Of a DNA stretch of 64,000 nucleotides, positions 1 through 9,697 are shown piece by piece. The first letter of the stretch is position 1. Each line of letters opens with the position of its first letter. This DNA comes from a virus (taxonomy: Duplodnaviria > Caudoviricetes). The translations under genes and the position numbers were made by a program. The DNA is taken from IMG/VR virus record IMGVR_UViG_3300022602_000026. The stretch is one strand, 5' to 3'. Under the pieces are notes generated by a model. The model searched no databases. It worked only from the letters and a program-made list of their open reading frames with translations, and was not told the origin of the DNA.

Positions 1-50
1 GTCTCTATACTGATCCAAGGAAGCATACATATTGTATTAGGTACGGTCAT
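1..50 (-). CDS. 5' fragment of another N-terminal-twitch radical SAM protein (runs off the window edge)
   Basis: Not in the ORF track. Read manually on the minus strand from ATG at 50: MTVPNTICMLPWISIE(T). This matches the C-x-x-P-W start of neighbouring twitch domains (CMIPWIH in 37..1353). It overlaps the stop of 37..1353 by 14 nt, like other coupled genes here. Confidence 0.6.
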   Translation of the reverse strand, partial: MTVPNTICMLPWISIE

Positions 51-1353
51 ATTGTTTGATATCTGCTAATTCAGGGAATACACTAAAAAAATCTTCTTGG
101 CGTACTCGATCAATTGTGTTGTTGGTTACAAAAAAGTTAGCCAACTCGGGAGTACTGTCCTGTTGCATCATGAAGTTAATGATACCCTTGTACCCGCTTG
201 TGGCGCGACTTAGCGTGTCTAAAGGCTCAAGCCATTCTAAATGCCGTTCAATTTTTTCTCGAGCCTGTTCTTTTAAGTGTTGGGGTAATACATCTACACG
301 ATATCTGAACGGATGTTGCAGTATATTAATGTTCCAATCCATGGGACGTAACAAGCCTAAGTCTGCCCATTCTCGATGAAAGTCCGTGATGTGTAACACA
401 TTCATCATGCTAACTGTACTAGATACATAAAAGTCTACGTTGGGGCAAATTTCCAACATACGTCGTCGATTATCGACTGTTTGTTGCCAGTCTTGTCCTT
501 TGCGAATATATTCACCACGTGCATAGCTACCATCTAAACTGGCTCCAACGCTGACACAATCAAACAGTTTCCACATTTCAAAAACATCACGTCCTTTGAA
601 CTTCATTTCACTAAAGTTTGTGTTATATATTAAGCGCACATGAAACATCTTGCGTCGGACTAACTCGTCCAACACTTTCCAGTGCTCTTTCATGATAAGT
701 GGTTCGCCACCGGCCCAATATATTTGTTCTAGATGCGGAATGTGTTCCTGCATCTGTTCCCACATATCGTCCTCGTTTTTTCCGGCGTACATTATTTGAG
801 GATATTTTGGATCCCATCCTGCTGCTCGTTCATCTCGGTGCCAGCTGGAACTAAATATCCCACCACATGTCCTACAAGAAAAGTTACAAAGATTACTAAA
901 ACGTATATCATAATATCGTAATTTAAAGTCATCGTAAGTGCCGTCCTCTTTAGTCGCGTCCACTAGGTTAATCAAATGCCCAAAGTTCTTGTTTGAACTT
1001 TCTCTCATGCTAAACAAATTGCTTTTTTCTTGTTCGTAGCATTTGTTACACTCTTTGCAGGGCTGGTTTGCCAACATGTTTTTACGCATCAGCTTCATTG
1101 GCTCGTCGTTCCAAATCTCGCGCATGGTTTGTGTTTTTAGATTACCAATGGGATGTTCGGGTTCGCTTAAGCAACAAGGAAATGCTCTACCATCGGGAAA
1201 GGCATGCATGTGTATCCAAGGAATCATACAGAACTCATTGCTTTTAATAAGTCTGTCCAATTGATCTGGACGCAGGTCTTCTTCTTTTATATAAACAGGC
1301 TTGCGAGCACCGTAGTTGTATTCTTTGTAATAGTCGTTTAGATTATCTGCCAT
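37..1353 (-). CDS. Radical SAM protein with N-terminal twitch/SPASM-like domain
   Basis: CMIPW..PCC and CNKC precede the SAM cluster motif CNFSCRTC; WAGGEP, YNTNFS and SLDG core motifs; TAATG overlap with the upstream gene. Confidence 0.9.
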   Translation of the reverse strand: MADNLNDYYKEYNYGARKPVYIKEEDLRPDQLDRLIKSNEFCMIPWIHMHAFPDGRAFPCCLSEPEHPIGNLKTQTMREIWNDEPMKLMRKNMLANQPCKECNKCYEQEKSNLFSMRESSNKNFGHLINLVDATKEDGTYDDFKLRYYDIRFSNLCNFSCRTCGGIFSSSWHRDERAAGWDPKYPQIMYAGKNEDDMWEQMQEHIPHLEQIYWAGGEPLIMKEHWKVLDELVRRKMFHVRLIYNTNFSEMKFKGRDVFEMWKLFDCVSVGASLDGSYARGEYIRKGQDWQQTVDNRRRMLEICPNVDFYVSSTVSMMNVLHITDFHREWADLGLLRPMDWNINILQHPFRYRVDVLPQHLKEQAREKIERHLEWLEPLDTLSRATSGYKGIINFMMQQDSTPELANFFVTNNTIDRVRQEDFFSVFPELADIKQYDRT

Positions 1354-2735
1354 TATAGTGTTTTATACCATTCTGCTAGGTTAGGGAACGTAGAGCAAAA
1401 GTCTTTGCCTCTGCGAGCATCGTATTGTGAATAAAAGTTTTTAAAGTCACGTTGCAGTATCGTTTGTGCCATTGCTTCTTCGTGTGGTTTTTGTACCACA
1501 TCAATATAATCAAGTAGTCGGTCTAACTGATTTTGTTCAAACTCGTGAAACAAATCAAAGTCAGTACCGCGTCCCCATCTATTGCTGAATGCATATAGGT
1601 TACCGGCATAACTTTGTCTAATGTCGCTAGGGAGAATGGTTAGTGATTGAAAACTTGGGAAGCGCAATATATTTAGCGAAAAATTAATCGCATCCCGACC
1701 ATATTCTAATTTCCAATTCATTATAACATCTAAGAATTCAGCAAGACTATCCAAGCACAATAAATTGACTGTGCACATCACGTGTAAGCCTCGGAACTTA
1801 TAGCTCTGTAATAGTCGTTCCACGTTGTTGCACCAGTCGTCCCATACCAACCCATCGCGTATATATTCAGCTTGTGCACCCAATGCTTCGTTACTGGTGT
1901 ACAAGTCTACTTCAACTCCATCTATGGCTGCAAGCAATCTATCTAGATCTACCGCAGTGCCCAAGTTACTGTTGATTGCTAGTCGTGTCTTGCTCTTGCC
2001 TTTGTTGGTTTTAAACCATTCAATCAACTTCCATGTTTCTGCACTCATTAAAGGTTCGCCACCTGTAATGCGTAGTTCTTTTAGTGTTCTATGTAAGTCA
2101 CTTTCCCACCATTTGTGGAACGCTTCCACATACGGATTAGTCTCACCGAATTTATAAAGTTGACTACTATTATGGGCATGGGTAAAATGATTCCTGCCGT
2201 CACTAACCAAGTTGGTGTAGGGTCCATGTTGTTTAATGTCTTTAACCCAAGTGCTACTAAAAGCAGGGTTACAATAAGAGCAAGCAAACTGACAAGTTCG
2301 GTCGAATGCGATTTCCAAAGTTTGTAAGTCCACGTCTTGATCGGCAGGTGTCCTGAATGCTTCATCTAAGTCCTTGTCTGAATAAATTACTGTTTTGTAT
2401 ACTCGATCACTGATGGGCTCAGCAATATCTCCGCCGGTGTGAGTTTTCCATATATCCTCTATCTTCCAGCAGTATTCGCAACCTGCAGGCCGCTCGCCCG
2501 CTTGCATTTGAGCACGTTGGTGTTTCTTCTCTGGAGTATTGTGTAAGGCTTTGGGATTGGCTTCTACTGCTTCTACACTGACCTGATGCGGTAGGGGATG
2601 GTGACAACTTGTGGTTTGTCCGCTGCCTAACCATATAGTTGCGTTGTACCATTTTGCTCCGCAGAATGACTCGGACTTGATGTCAATTACTCTGCGTCGG
2701 TATTGTAAGTCTGATTCGTTTTGTAGTTTAGGCAT
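1353..2735 (-). CDS. Radical SAM protein with N-terminal twitch-like domain (paralog of 6998..8386)
   Basis: CGAKW..SCHHP, CEYCW, CQFACSYC (CxxxCxxC) and ITGGEP. Confidence 0.9.
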   Translation of the reverse strand: MPKLQNESDLQYRRRVIDIKSESFCGAKWYNATIWLGSGQTTSCHHPLPHQVSVEAVEANPKALHNTPEKKHQRAQMQAGERPAGCEYCWKIEDIWKTHTGGDIAEPISDRVYKTVIYSDKDLDEAFRTPADQDVDLQTLEIAFDRTCQFACSYCNPAFSSTWVKDIKQHGPYTNLVSDGRNHFTHAHNSSQLYKFGETNPYVEAFHKWWESDLHRTLKELRITGGEPLMSAETWKLIEWFKTNKGKSKTRLAINSNLGTAVDLDRLLAAIDGVEVDLYTSNEALGAQAEYIRDGLVWDDWCNNVERLLQSYKFRGLHVMCTVNLLCLDSLAEFLDVIMNWKLEYGRDAINFSLNILRFPSFQSLTILPSDIRQSYAGNLYAFSNRWGRGTDFDLFHEFEQNQLDRLLDYIDVVQKPHEEAMAQTILQRDFKNFYSQYDARRGKDFCSTFPNLAEWYKTL

Positions 2736-3915
2736 TAAAAGGTTCTTTTAAAAAATCTAGTATTTCATTGTTGCAAGATCTCAATGATTTGTTCTCATAA
2801 TAATTATACATTTGTTTATGTGATATTTTTAAGTTATCATCGAATCGTTCTTCGCATTGTTTCCATTTTTGTTTTGTATTATCAAAGTCAACAAGCAAGT
2901 GTTGATTCAACTCAACGGCTTTGGCCAATCTACCGATAGGGTTTTCTATTAAATCGTAACTGTGATCTACTATGTCATCAAACAAGTCTAGTCCCGATTC
3001 TCGATAAAATGCCACTGTGCCTGTACTGCCAATTATTACGGGAAAGTTTCTTGCACAAATACTGTTGATATATTTTTCATCTATGCTGACTGTGGGCTCG
3101 CTGTACAATCTGCATCCAATAAATTCCACAAAACTATTTTGATAATGTGGACGTAATCTTTTTTCAAAATTGGTACAATTGTCAAATGTTACCACTGCTT
3201 CCGATCCAGGATACAACGGATAAGCATCTTCTTCTTGTTGGAAGCGTTGTTTGTTATTATACAAATTTACAATTTTTTTAAATCCCGCAAGTATAGCGTC
3301 GCGTGTACTGTTTTGTTTGGGATCAAATCGCCAATCGTTGTGCATCAAAAAATCATCACTGGTGTTCTTGCCAAGTTGTTTGTACAAGTGGTGTGCGGTA
3401 ATATGACAATACTGATCCAATCCTTGACCATACAGTAAACTAATCAATGCTATACGATGTATACGCATTTGTCTATTAAAAGTTATTCCTATTCTAGTAG
3501 AATCAAAGTTTTTCTCTACAGGTAAGATACTGGGATAGGTATCATTTTCTTGTATTACATGCCAATTGACTACACGTATGTTTGTTGCTTGGAAGTTTTC
3601 TTTAGTCCAGTAATTGCCCGGCAACAACAATATAAAAGTTTTATCAGGATTGTTTTGCGCCAATTGATCAAAGAGCGGGAATATTTCTGGTTCGGGACTT
3701 TTGGTCCAATAGTTGTATTCGGGCACAAATTCTGGATTGTCATCTACTGCTAGTATTACTAGAGACTCGGTAAATTTTAAATTTTGCAGATGTCTTGGAA
3801 CCATGGTCGAGTGCATAAAAAATGCGTCAAAGGGCACCGAGATATTGTTTGTTATTTTTTCAAACATACCACTGGTATAATCTCCCCGTTGAGGATTTTC
3901 AAATTTTACAATCAT
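2728..3915 (-). CDS. Putative GT-B glycosyltransferase-like protein (GT10-like C-terminus)
   Basis: FNRQMRIHRIAL and IDEKYINSI..FPVIIG..GLDLFDDIVDHSYD motifs are shared with 3912..4955 and 8379..9344; the EK motif resembles the GT10 (Y/V)TEK motif; ATGA overlap with the upstream gene. Confidence 0.5.
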   Translation of the reverse strand: MIVKFENPQRGDYTSGMFEKITNNISVPFDAFFMHSTMVPRHLQNLKFTESLVILAVDDNPEFVPEYNYWTKSPEPEIFPLFDQLAQNNPDKTFILLLPGNYWTKENFQATNIRVVNWHVIQENDTYPSILPVEKNFDSTRIGITFNRQMRIHRIALISLLYGQGLDQYCHITAHHLYKQLGKNTSDDFLMHNDWRFDPKQNSTRDAILAGFKKIVNLYNNKQRFQQEEDAYPLYPGSEAVVTFDNCTNFEKRLRPHYQNSFVEFIGCRLYSEPTVSIDEKYINSICARNFPVIIGSTGTVAFYRESGLDLFDDIVDHSYDLIENPIGRLAKAVELNQHLLVDFDNTKQKWKQCEERFDDNLKISHKQMYNYYENKSLRSCNNEILDFLKEPFNA

Positions 3916-4955
3916 AATATGCAGTCTACCAATGTTTTTTGTTCGTGTGCGTATTCAAAAAATCTTTGTTTGTTGTATTTCAAATCGGGAAGCATGTCGT
4001 TGTACATGGACAATATCTCGGACTTGCTCAATTTTGATAAAAACTTTACTACTTGTATTATAGAGTCATGCACTTCAAAGTCTTTGATGTCTTCTAGTTC
4101 AACCCCAAAGTATTGATTAAATGTTTTAAATCCGTTGTCACGCAACCATTGGTATGTACGCACATTGCCGTTGATCACGAACGGACGTAGCCCCAATATA
4201 GGTTTAAACTGTGTTTCGGACACAAATATATCGTCCCAGGGATTGAATTCTGTTGCTCCCACGATATTTAAAAAGTGCTTTTGCCAATAATCAAATCTAT
4301 GCAGTGTCAGCACATCGTGTGGAATATCAAACTCGTCGGGGCCACTAAACCAATGATTGTTTTTGTTATAATTTTCTATTTTCTCGCCAATGGAAAAATA
4401 AAGATTGTTATCGGGATCTTTATCGTAAGTGACATTGGGGCGGCCCAGTGTCACTATTCCGAGATCTTTGAGATTGTGTTCGATCAGTTTCTTTACCAGT
4501 TGTACTCTATGCTCTCGCGGTTTTCTATTATAATTTATAAAAAGATATTCGGGATCGTGCAATATCAACTCGTGTTCGGGAAAATCTTGAAAGTGTTCGG
4601 CCAGTACTGGTGCAAAAAAGTTAAAATGATACTCGGTATCAAAATTTCCTATCTTGAACAATTTAGCGCCCACTTGTGTTGCTAACTCTGCGATTTGTTG
4701 TTGACTTATCAGTGCAGGATCAACACTGGCCAAGAAAAACAAGTTGTCAAATCGAGTGTTGTTCTTTACTAGATCCAAGTATTCGTAGTACACCGGGTTG
4801 TTGAACTGCGGACCAAACCAAGTGGAGTTAATAAACAAATTTCGTTTGGATCCATATCGATTTTCAATTTGTTGCTTCAGTGACTCGATTATTTCAATCT
4901 CGTACTTGGCCCAAAGAAAATCGCCCGGAAAAGTTGTTCCCAAGTAAGTTAACAT
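3912..4955 (-). CDS. Putative GT-B glycosyltransferase-like protein (GT10-like C-terminus)
   Basis: YNRKPREHRVQL and VSETQFKPILGLRPFVING..GFKTF; same family as 2728..3915 and 8379..9344. Confidence 0.5.
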   Translation of the reverse strand: MLTYLGTTFPGDFLWAKYEIEIIESLKQQIENRYGSKRNLFINSTWFGPQFNNPVYYEYLDLVKNNTRFDNLFFLASVDPALISQQQIAELATQVGAKLFKIGNFDTEYHFNFFAPVLAEHFQDFPEHELILHDPEYLFINYNRKPREHRVQLVKKLIEHNLKDLGIVTLGRPNVTYDKDPDNNLYFSIGEKIENYNKNNHWFSGPDEFDIPHDVLTLHRFDYWQKHFLNIVGATEFNPWDDIFVSETQFKPILGLRPFVINGNVRTYQWLRDNGFKTFNQYFGVELEDIKDFEVHDSIIQVVKFLSKLSKSEILSMYNDMLPDLKYNKQRFFEYAHEQKTLVDCIL

Positions 4956-5857
4956 TATAGTCCCAACCTATCAGGATCGAGTGCTTTGACCCGTTCATAT
5001 ACTTCCTGGTTGTTCCACGGAGTATGGCAAAATCCATCGTTACAGGATTTGCACAACGAGTCAGCGGTAAAACCAATGGTGTTGTTTAACTTGCTGACAC
5101 GATCAATTTCCGTACTGTTTAAAATTTCGTCATAGGACTGTGTCAATAAATTGCCAACAACATGTTTAAGACTGTAATCCATACAACACAGTATAACATC
5201 TCCATTGGGCAAAAGTACATTAGAATGGTATTCTTTATTTCTGGTGCATTCTACAATGTATTCGTGCTTTGGTGCAGGATTAAATGGTTGATGTTGTATC
5301 TTGCTGGTATCAAGATTGTTTGCTCGTGTATGCAAATACCAGTTTACCGGGTACACCGTGGTCTTGATATCTTTTTGAATTTTGGATTCCGAGTCCATGG
5401 TCATATCATATACTTTGATATTTCGAAGCGATTTGATCCGCGACAGTACTGCATCGTATTCCGCACTGTATCTAAATCCCAACATGTTTCCTTGTGCGTC
5501 AGGTAAGTGTATCCAAAAGTCAGTGACTTGATCGTGATACTTTTCTAGTACAGTTGCAAGCTCGTCACATTCATCAACTGTTATATTGTATAAGGTTGTG
5601 TAGATAGATATTTTAAACTTCTTTTCTAATGCAATTTTTACAAATTGATTACATAATTTATTTGCCCAGGGCTCGGTATATCCGGCAAAGGAAATGTGCA
5701 CATCTTGTGGTAGCTTATCTAATACAGTATTATATGTGTCTAAGGTTAACTTGCGCTGGTTGCTTTTATATGCTTGTTGCAATTTATCCTGTGGGCAAAA
5801 CGTACACATCAACGGGCACCCAATCATTGTGGTTATTTCTAATGTTCGTTCTACCAT
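4955..5857 (-). CDS. Radical SAM protein with C-terminal SPASM/twitch domain
   Basis: CPLMCTFC; C-terminal C..NGDVILCC..VGNL..CKSC. Confidence 0.88.
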   Translation of the reverse strand: MVERTLEITTMIGCPLMCTFCPQDKLQQAYKSNQRKLTLDTYNTVLDKLPQDVHISFAGYTEPWANKLCNQFVKIALEKKFKISIYTTLYNITVDECDELATVLEKYHDQVTDFWIHLPDAQGNMLGFRYSAEYDAVLSRIKSLRNIKVYDMTMDSESKIQKDIKTTVYPVNWYLHTRANNLDTSKIQHQPFNPAPKHEYIVECTRNKEYHSNVLLPNGDVILCCMDYSLKHVVGNLLTQSYDEILNSTEIDRVSKLNNTIGFTADSLCKSCNDGFCHTPWNNQEVYERVKALDPDRLGL

Positions 5858-7011
5858 AATTCATGCTCGATCAATATATTGCCAATCTCGTCAAATGTTT
5901 TTACAAAATCTTCTTTTCTATACAAATCTTTTTCTCTGGTCCAAAACTTAAAATCTTCCCAAGCCCTCGCTCCGGGATCGGTATTCATTAAATTGACGAT
6001 TGGTATAAATTTTGGATTACCCTGCAGTCGTTGCTCGATTAACAGTTTAACAGGTTTGGGGAACACATTAACGCAATAATATTTAGGCCATTGCACTAGA
6101 ATTATAAATGGCTCGACGCGATATTTTTTAAAGTAATCAAATACATCATTTATATTATATACATTTAACGCACTAACTGTTATTACTGGCACAACATTTA
6201 TATTTCTATGTTTTAAACTTAATTTAAAAAATTCATTTATGTTATTTGATGCTAGATTCCAATTGCCCGGATGTCTAAGATATGTAAAACGATCACCTAT
6301 ACCATCTATACTGACATTAATGATAACATTTTTAAAACTAGACAGTATTCGTCGCCAAGTGTCGGTGAGTTCGTGTGTGGCGTTTGTGCTGACTCTAAAA
6401 TCAATATTTTTACTCTGCCCACTGTCTATCAACCTAGTTAAAAATTTTGGCACTTGGTCGTCCAAGAACGGTTCGCCTCCGTACAATTCTATACGCTCTA
6501 AATTGTCACTGAATTCGTACAACTCGTCCAACTGATGATTGGTAAAATGCTTTTTAAACTTTTCAATCGTATAAGCTGTATTGGTCAAATTATTTTTCTT
6601 TTCGTAGTACTCGCCTTCGATGTGATACAAATAGCTATCTCGACTTTGACAAGTTCTACATCTTAGATTGCAGATGTTGCTTACTTTTATGTTCAAGTGC
6701 CTTGGCCCTGACAAGTAGTATCCGGGATCGGTATAATCAAGATCTTCAGCAACATCAGCAGTCAAGTAATTACGTTCACTGGTAAATCCCAACTTTTCTT
6801 CGTTCCAACAACGATCGCACATTTTTAATTGTTCGTTGTTTTTACTTTTGTGTCTAACATCTTCTAGCACAGGATCAATCCAAATTGTCTTGAACGACTG
6901 GTTGGGGAATTTAAATGCTCCTCCGCCTAGCGCAGTGCAGGGACTGTATGCACCCGATGGATCTATTGTTGCATCTAAAAAGAAAGCCGGACAGGTATTA
7001 TTTTTGTGCAC
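5851..7011 (-). CDS. Radical SAM protein with N-terminal twitch domain
   Basis: CPAFF..SPC, CDRCW, CNLRCRTC, LYGGEP and SIDG. Confidence 0.9.
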   Translation of the reverse strand: MHKNNTCPAFFLDATIDPSGAYSPCTALGGGAFKFPNQSFKTIWIDPVLEDVRHKSKNNEQLKMCDRCWNEEKLGFTSERNYLTADVAEDLDYTDPGYYLSGPRHLNIKVSNICNLRCRTCQSRDSYLYHIEGEYYEKKNNLTNTAYTIEKFKKHFTNHQLDELYEFSDNLERIELYGGEPFLDDQVPKFLTRLIDSGQSKNIDFRVSTNATHELTDTWRRILSSFKNVIINVSIDGIGDRFTYLRHPGNWNLASNNINEFFKLSLKHRNINVVPVITVSALNVYNINDVFDYFKKYRVEPFIILVQWPKYYCVNVFPKPVKLLIEQRLQGNPKFIPIVNLMNTDPGARAWEDFKFWTREKDLYRKEDFVKTFDEIGNILIEHELW

Positions 7012-8386
7012 GATATCTACATTCCTCCCAAAATTCCCGCATCTGCGGGAACGTTGTTAAAAAGTCTGTTCGGCGTCTTTTATCGTGTTCGTTAAAGAAT
7101 CTATAAAAGTTTGCACGTTGTAAGTCAATGTAATCTGGTGCTAATTGGCTACCTTCTCGCATCCATGCTATATCTCGACGCATACGTTGTACTTCGTAGT
7201 CTTTGAATCCTTGAAAGGGTTGGTCCGGGGTTTCTAAATTCTGTTCCATCCATTCAGCCACACGTTCCAACATTGTGACATACACTGGAGGAAGTATTTG
7301 CAAACTCTGCCATTCAGGCCGGCGTAGCAGTGGAGTATCAAACCAAACACGTTGGTATGTGGTACTGTACGACTTGCGTAAGGCCAAGATCCATTCCAGT
7401 TGTTGTTGCAGTCCTAATACACTGAGATTGTTCATTGTAATAATAAACGTAAGACTGTTACGGTATGGGATTTCATGTAAGAATGAATTAACATTCCATT
7501 CCATTCTTCGAAAATTTAAACCATGTCTAATATATTCAGCATGTTCGGGATTTCCTGAATCTAAACTCACAAACTGCATAAAATGTTCTATTTGTGTGTT
7601 GCATAACTGCTTGACATATCCCAAATACTTGTCAAATAGTGCAGGTTCCACACTGAAGTTACTAGTGACATTTAAATGCAAGTCGGGCTTGGGCATGGCC
7701 AACACATAGTCAAATACTTTATAAGTATTCTTGTCCATGAGCGGTTCGCCACCGGTCATTCTAAAATGCTTTAGTTTAGGGTACAGTGTGGGCCACCATT
7801 CCCAAAATGCCTCTACATATGGGTTGTCATGGCTGGCAGGTATAGGGCGGTTTCTACCAACAAAGTGACTAGGGTCGTTATGAATAGTGCTAGTAGGATA
7901 TCCTCCCCATCGATCAACTTCTGCTTGCCAGGTACTAGAGAATTGAGGGCTGCAATAGCTGCAAGCAAGATTACAGGCATGATTAAAATTAACTTCAACA
8001 TAACTTGGTACGACATTGTCTTCCTCCCCTGTACTATTTACTATTGTTTCGTAATCTTCTGCGGCCCAAGGCTCACCCGAACGATAATGTCTATCACTAA
8101 GTTGATCATGTTTTTCAATATTCCAACAGTAACTGCACTCTGCGGGCTTTTCTTGTTGCAGCATCATGACACGTTGTTGTTTTTTATGTTTGGTGTTGTG
8201 TAATGCTCCAGGGTTATCTTTTAGCACATCGGCATCAATTGCGTGCAGTGGCGGATGATAACAACTGTTGTTGAGTCCTGTGGGCAAGTGTAGGCTTACT
8301 TGTTTCCATTTGGCTAGACACAGTGCCGGACCCAAATTTGCCTGCATCCATTCGGCACTGGCCATAAAATCACTTTTGTTAGTCAT
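6998..8386 (-). CDS. Radical SAM protein with N-terminal twitch-like domain (paralog of 1353..2735)
   Basis: CLAKW..SCYHP, CSYCW, CNLACSYC and MTGGEP. Confidence 0.9.
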   Translation of the reverse strand: MTNKSDFMASAEWMQANLGPALCLAKWKQVSLHLPTGLNNSCYHPPLHAIDADVLKDNPGALHNTKHKKQQRVMMLQQEKPAECSYCWNIEKHDQLSDRHYRSGEPWAAEDYETIVNSTGEEDNVVPSYVEVNFNHACNLACSYCSPQFSSTWQAEVDRWGGYPTSTIHNDPSHFVGRNRPIPASHDNPYVEAFWEWWPTLYPKLKHFRMTGGEPLMDKNTYKVFDYVLAMPKPDLHLNVTSNFSVEPALFDKYLGYVKQLCNTQIEHFMQFVSLDSGNPEHAEYIRHGLNFRRMEWNVNSFLHEIPYRNSLTFIITMNNLSVLGLQQQLEWILALRKSYSTTYQRVWFDTPLLRRPEWQSLQILPPVYVTMLERVAEWMEQNLETPDQPFQGFKDYEVQRMRRDIAWMREGSQLAPDYIDLQRANFYRFFNEHDKRRRTDFLTTFPQMREFWEECRYRAQK

Positions 8387-9344
8387 TTACTAGTTTGATA
8401 CTTCTATTAAAATCTTGGCTCAACAATAGGTTGTAATTGTGATCCAATATTGGTTGCATGTTGTTGTACATCTCAAATAACTCTGTTTTAGATTTATTAC
8501 CTAATTCTGTAATTAGCTCAAGGATTTTTTTAAATCTCAACCTAGGAGCATATCCATCATAGTCTTCGTCCCAAAAATCATGGAATGTCCTAAACCCCAT
8601 TTGCCTTAGATAGATCATGTGATTCATTGATGTCATTGCAATAAATGGTTTTTTCATCATTATGGGCCTAAATGTTTTTTCTGTAGGGAAAAACGTAGTG
8701 CCGGTTGTAAATGGTTCAGCCACTATATCTATTAAAACGTTTGTGTAAAAATTTAATAATTGTTTTGTAAATTTACCAGTAATCCATACTGTTTCGTGTG
8801 TGCCCGGGGTATATTCGTTTGGAGTATCCAAAAGCAACGGTAACGATTGATGTATGCGGGTAAAATTTGGTATTTGATCGGGAGCATAGTGAAATAGTTC
8901 TGTTAGTTCAAATAAACTACGAGACACATCATCATTATATTTGCCGTGTAATGTTATCAATGATTCTTGATCAAAATTATTTTTTAAGAAACTGGCCAGG
9001 CCCAGCCTGTGCCAAATTGGTCGGCCGTAGAAAGCAGAAAATATTTTAGTTTGATTCCAGGTATGATATACACTGTCTACCGGTTCATTTATGGCTGCAG
9101 GGGTCAGTGCTTTTGTTATTATGTTATATCTAGGATGCGTTTCCAACGGGTTGGCTGTTATAATTGTCACAGATTCAAAAGTAAAACTATCTAGTAGTTT
9201 ATACACACCAATTGCAGTTGCATCCGGGCCTTCGCCATTCAGGTGCACAACTATTGCTTGGCCTTGATTTGCTGATAGGAATTTGACAAATTCAAATTGA
9301 TTCCATATAAAATTGTCTGCGGATATTACAAAAAATAAGTTCAT
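8379..9344 (-). CDS. Putative GT-B glycosyltransferase-like protein (GT10-like C-terminus)
   Basis: YGRPIWHRLGL; IVAEP..FPTEKTFRPI..PFI..GFRTFHDFWDEDYD. Of the three family members it is closest to the GT10 E..TEK motif. Confidence 0.55.
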   Translation of the reverse strand: MNLFFVISADNFIWNQFEFVKFLSANQGQAIVVHLNGEGPDATAIGVYKLLDSFTFESVTIITANPLETHPRYNIITKALTPAAINEPVDSVYHTWNQTKIFSAFYGRPIWHRLGLASFLKNNFDQESLITLHGKYNDDVSRSLFELTELFHYAPDQIPNFTRIHQSLPLLLDTPNEYTPGTHETVWITGKFTKQLLNFYTNVLIDIVAEPFTTGTTFFPTEKTFRPIMMKKPFIAMTSMNHMIYLRQMGFRTFHDFWDEDYDGYAPRLRFKKILELITELGNKSKTELFEMYNNMQPILDHNYNLLLSQDFNRSIKLVND

Positions 9345-9697
9345 GCGCTGATATGATCTGCTTTGATTTCTTTAACTGTGCAACCTAATTTTTCTGCAAT
9401 GGCGTTTTTGATCGCAATGCGTTTGTTGTTCCAATCGCGTATTTTTATAGCACGACGACCAATTTCGGCAAGTTCCAATTTGGCTTCCATGCCTGACTTA
9501 AGTTCGCTTTCTAAATTCCAAATTTCTGCGTGTATATTATACAATTCATTCATTTCATCAGCTACCAAAGTTAGATCATGAACCCGTAGTTGTTCTTGAT
9601 AAAACGCAACTTCGGCTTGATTGGCGCCATTGGTTTTAGATGATTTAAGTTCGGCGATGGCATATCTGTCTACTAATTCTATTACGGGGAAAATCAT
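9341..9697 (-). CDS. Small helical protein, DUF6165-like
   Basis: ELVDRYAIAELK..IWNLE..NNKRIAIKNAI resembles, from memory, the DUF6165 pattern found beside glycosyltransferases; coupled by overlaps on both sides. Confidence 0.45.
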   Translation of the reverse strand: MIFPVIELVDRYAIAELKSSKTNGANQAEVAFYQEQLRVHDLTLVADEMNELYNIHAEIWNLESELKSGMEAKLELAEIGRRAIKIRDWNNKRIAIKNAIAEKLGCTVKEIKADHISA

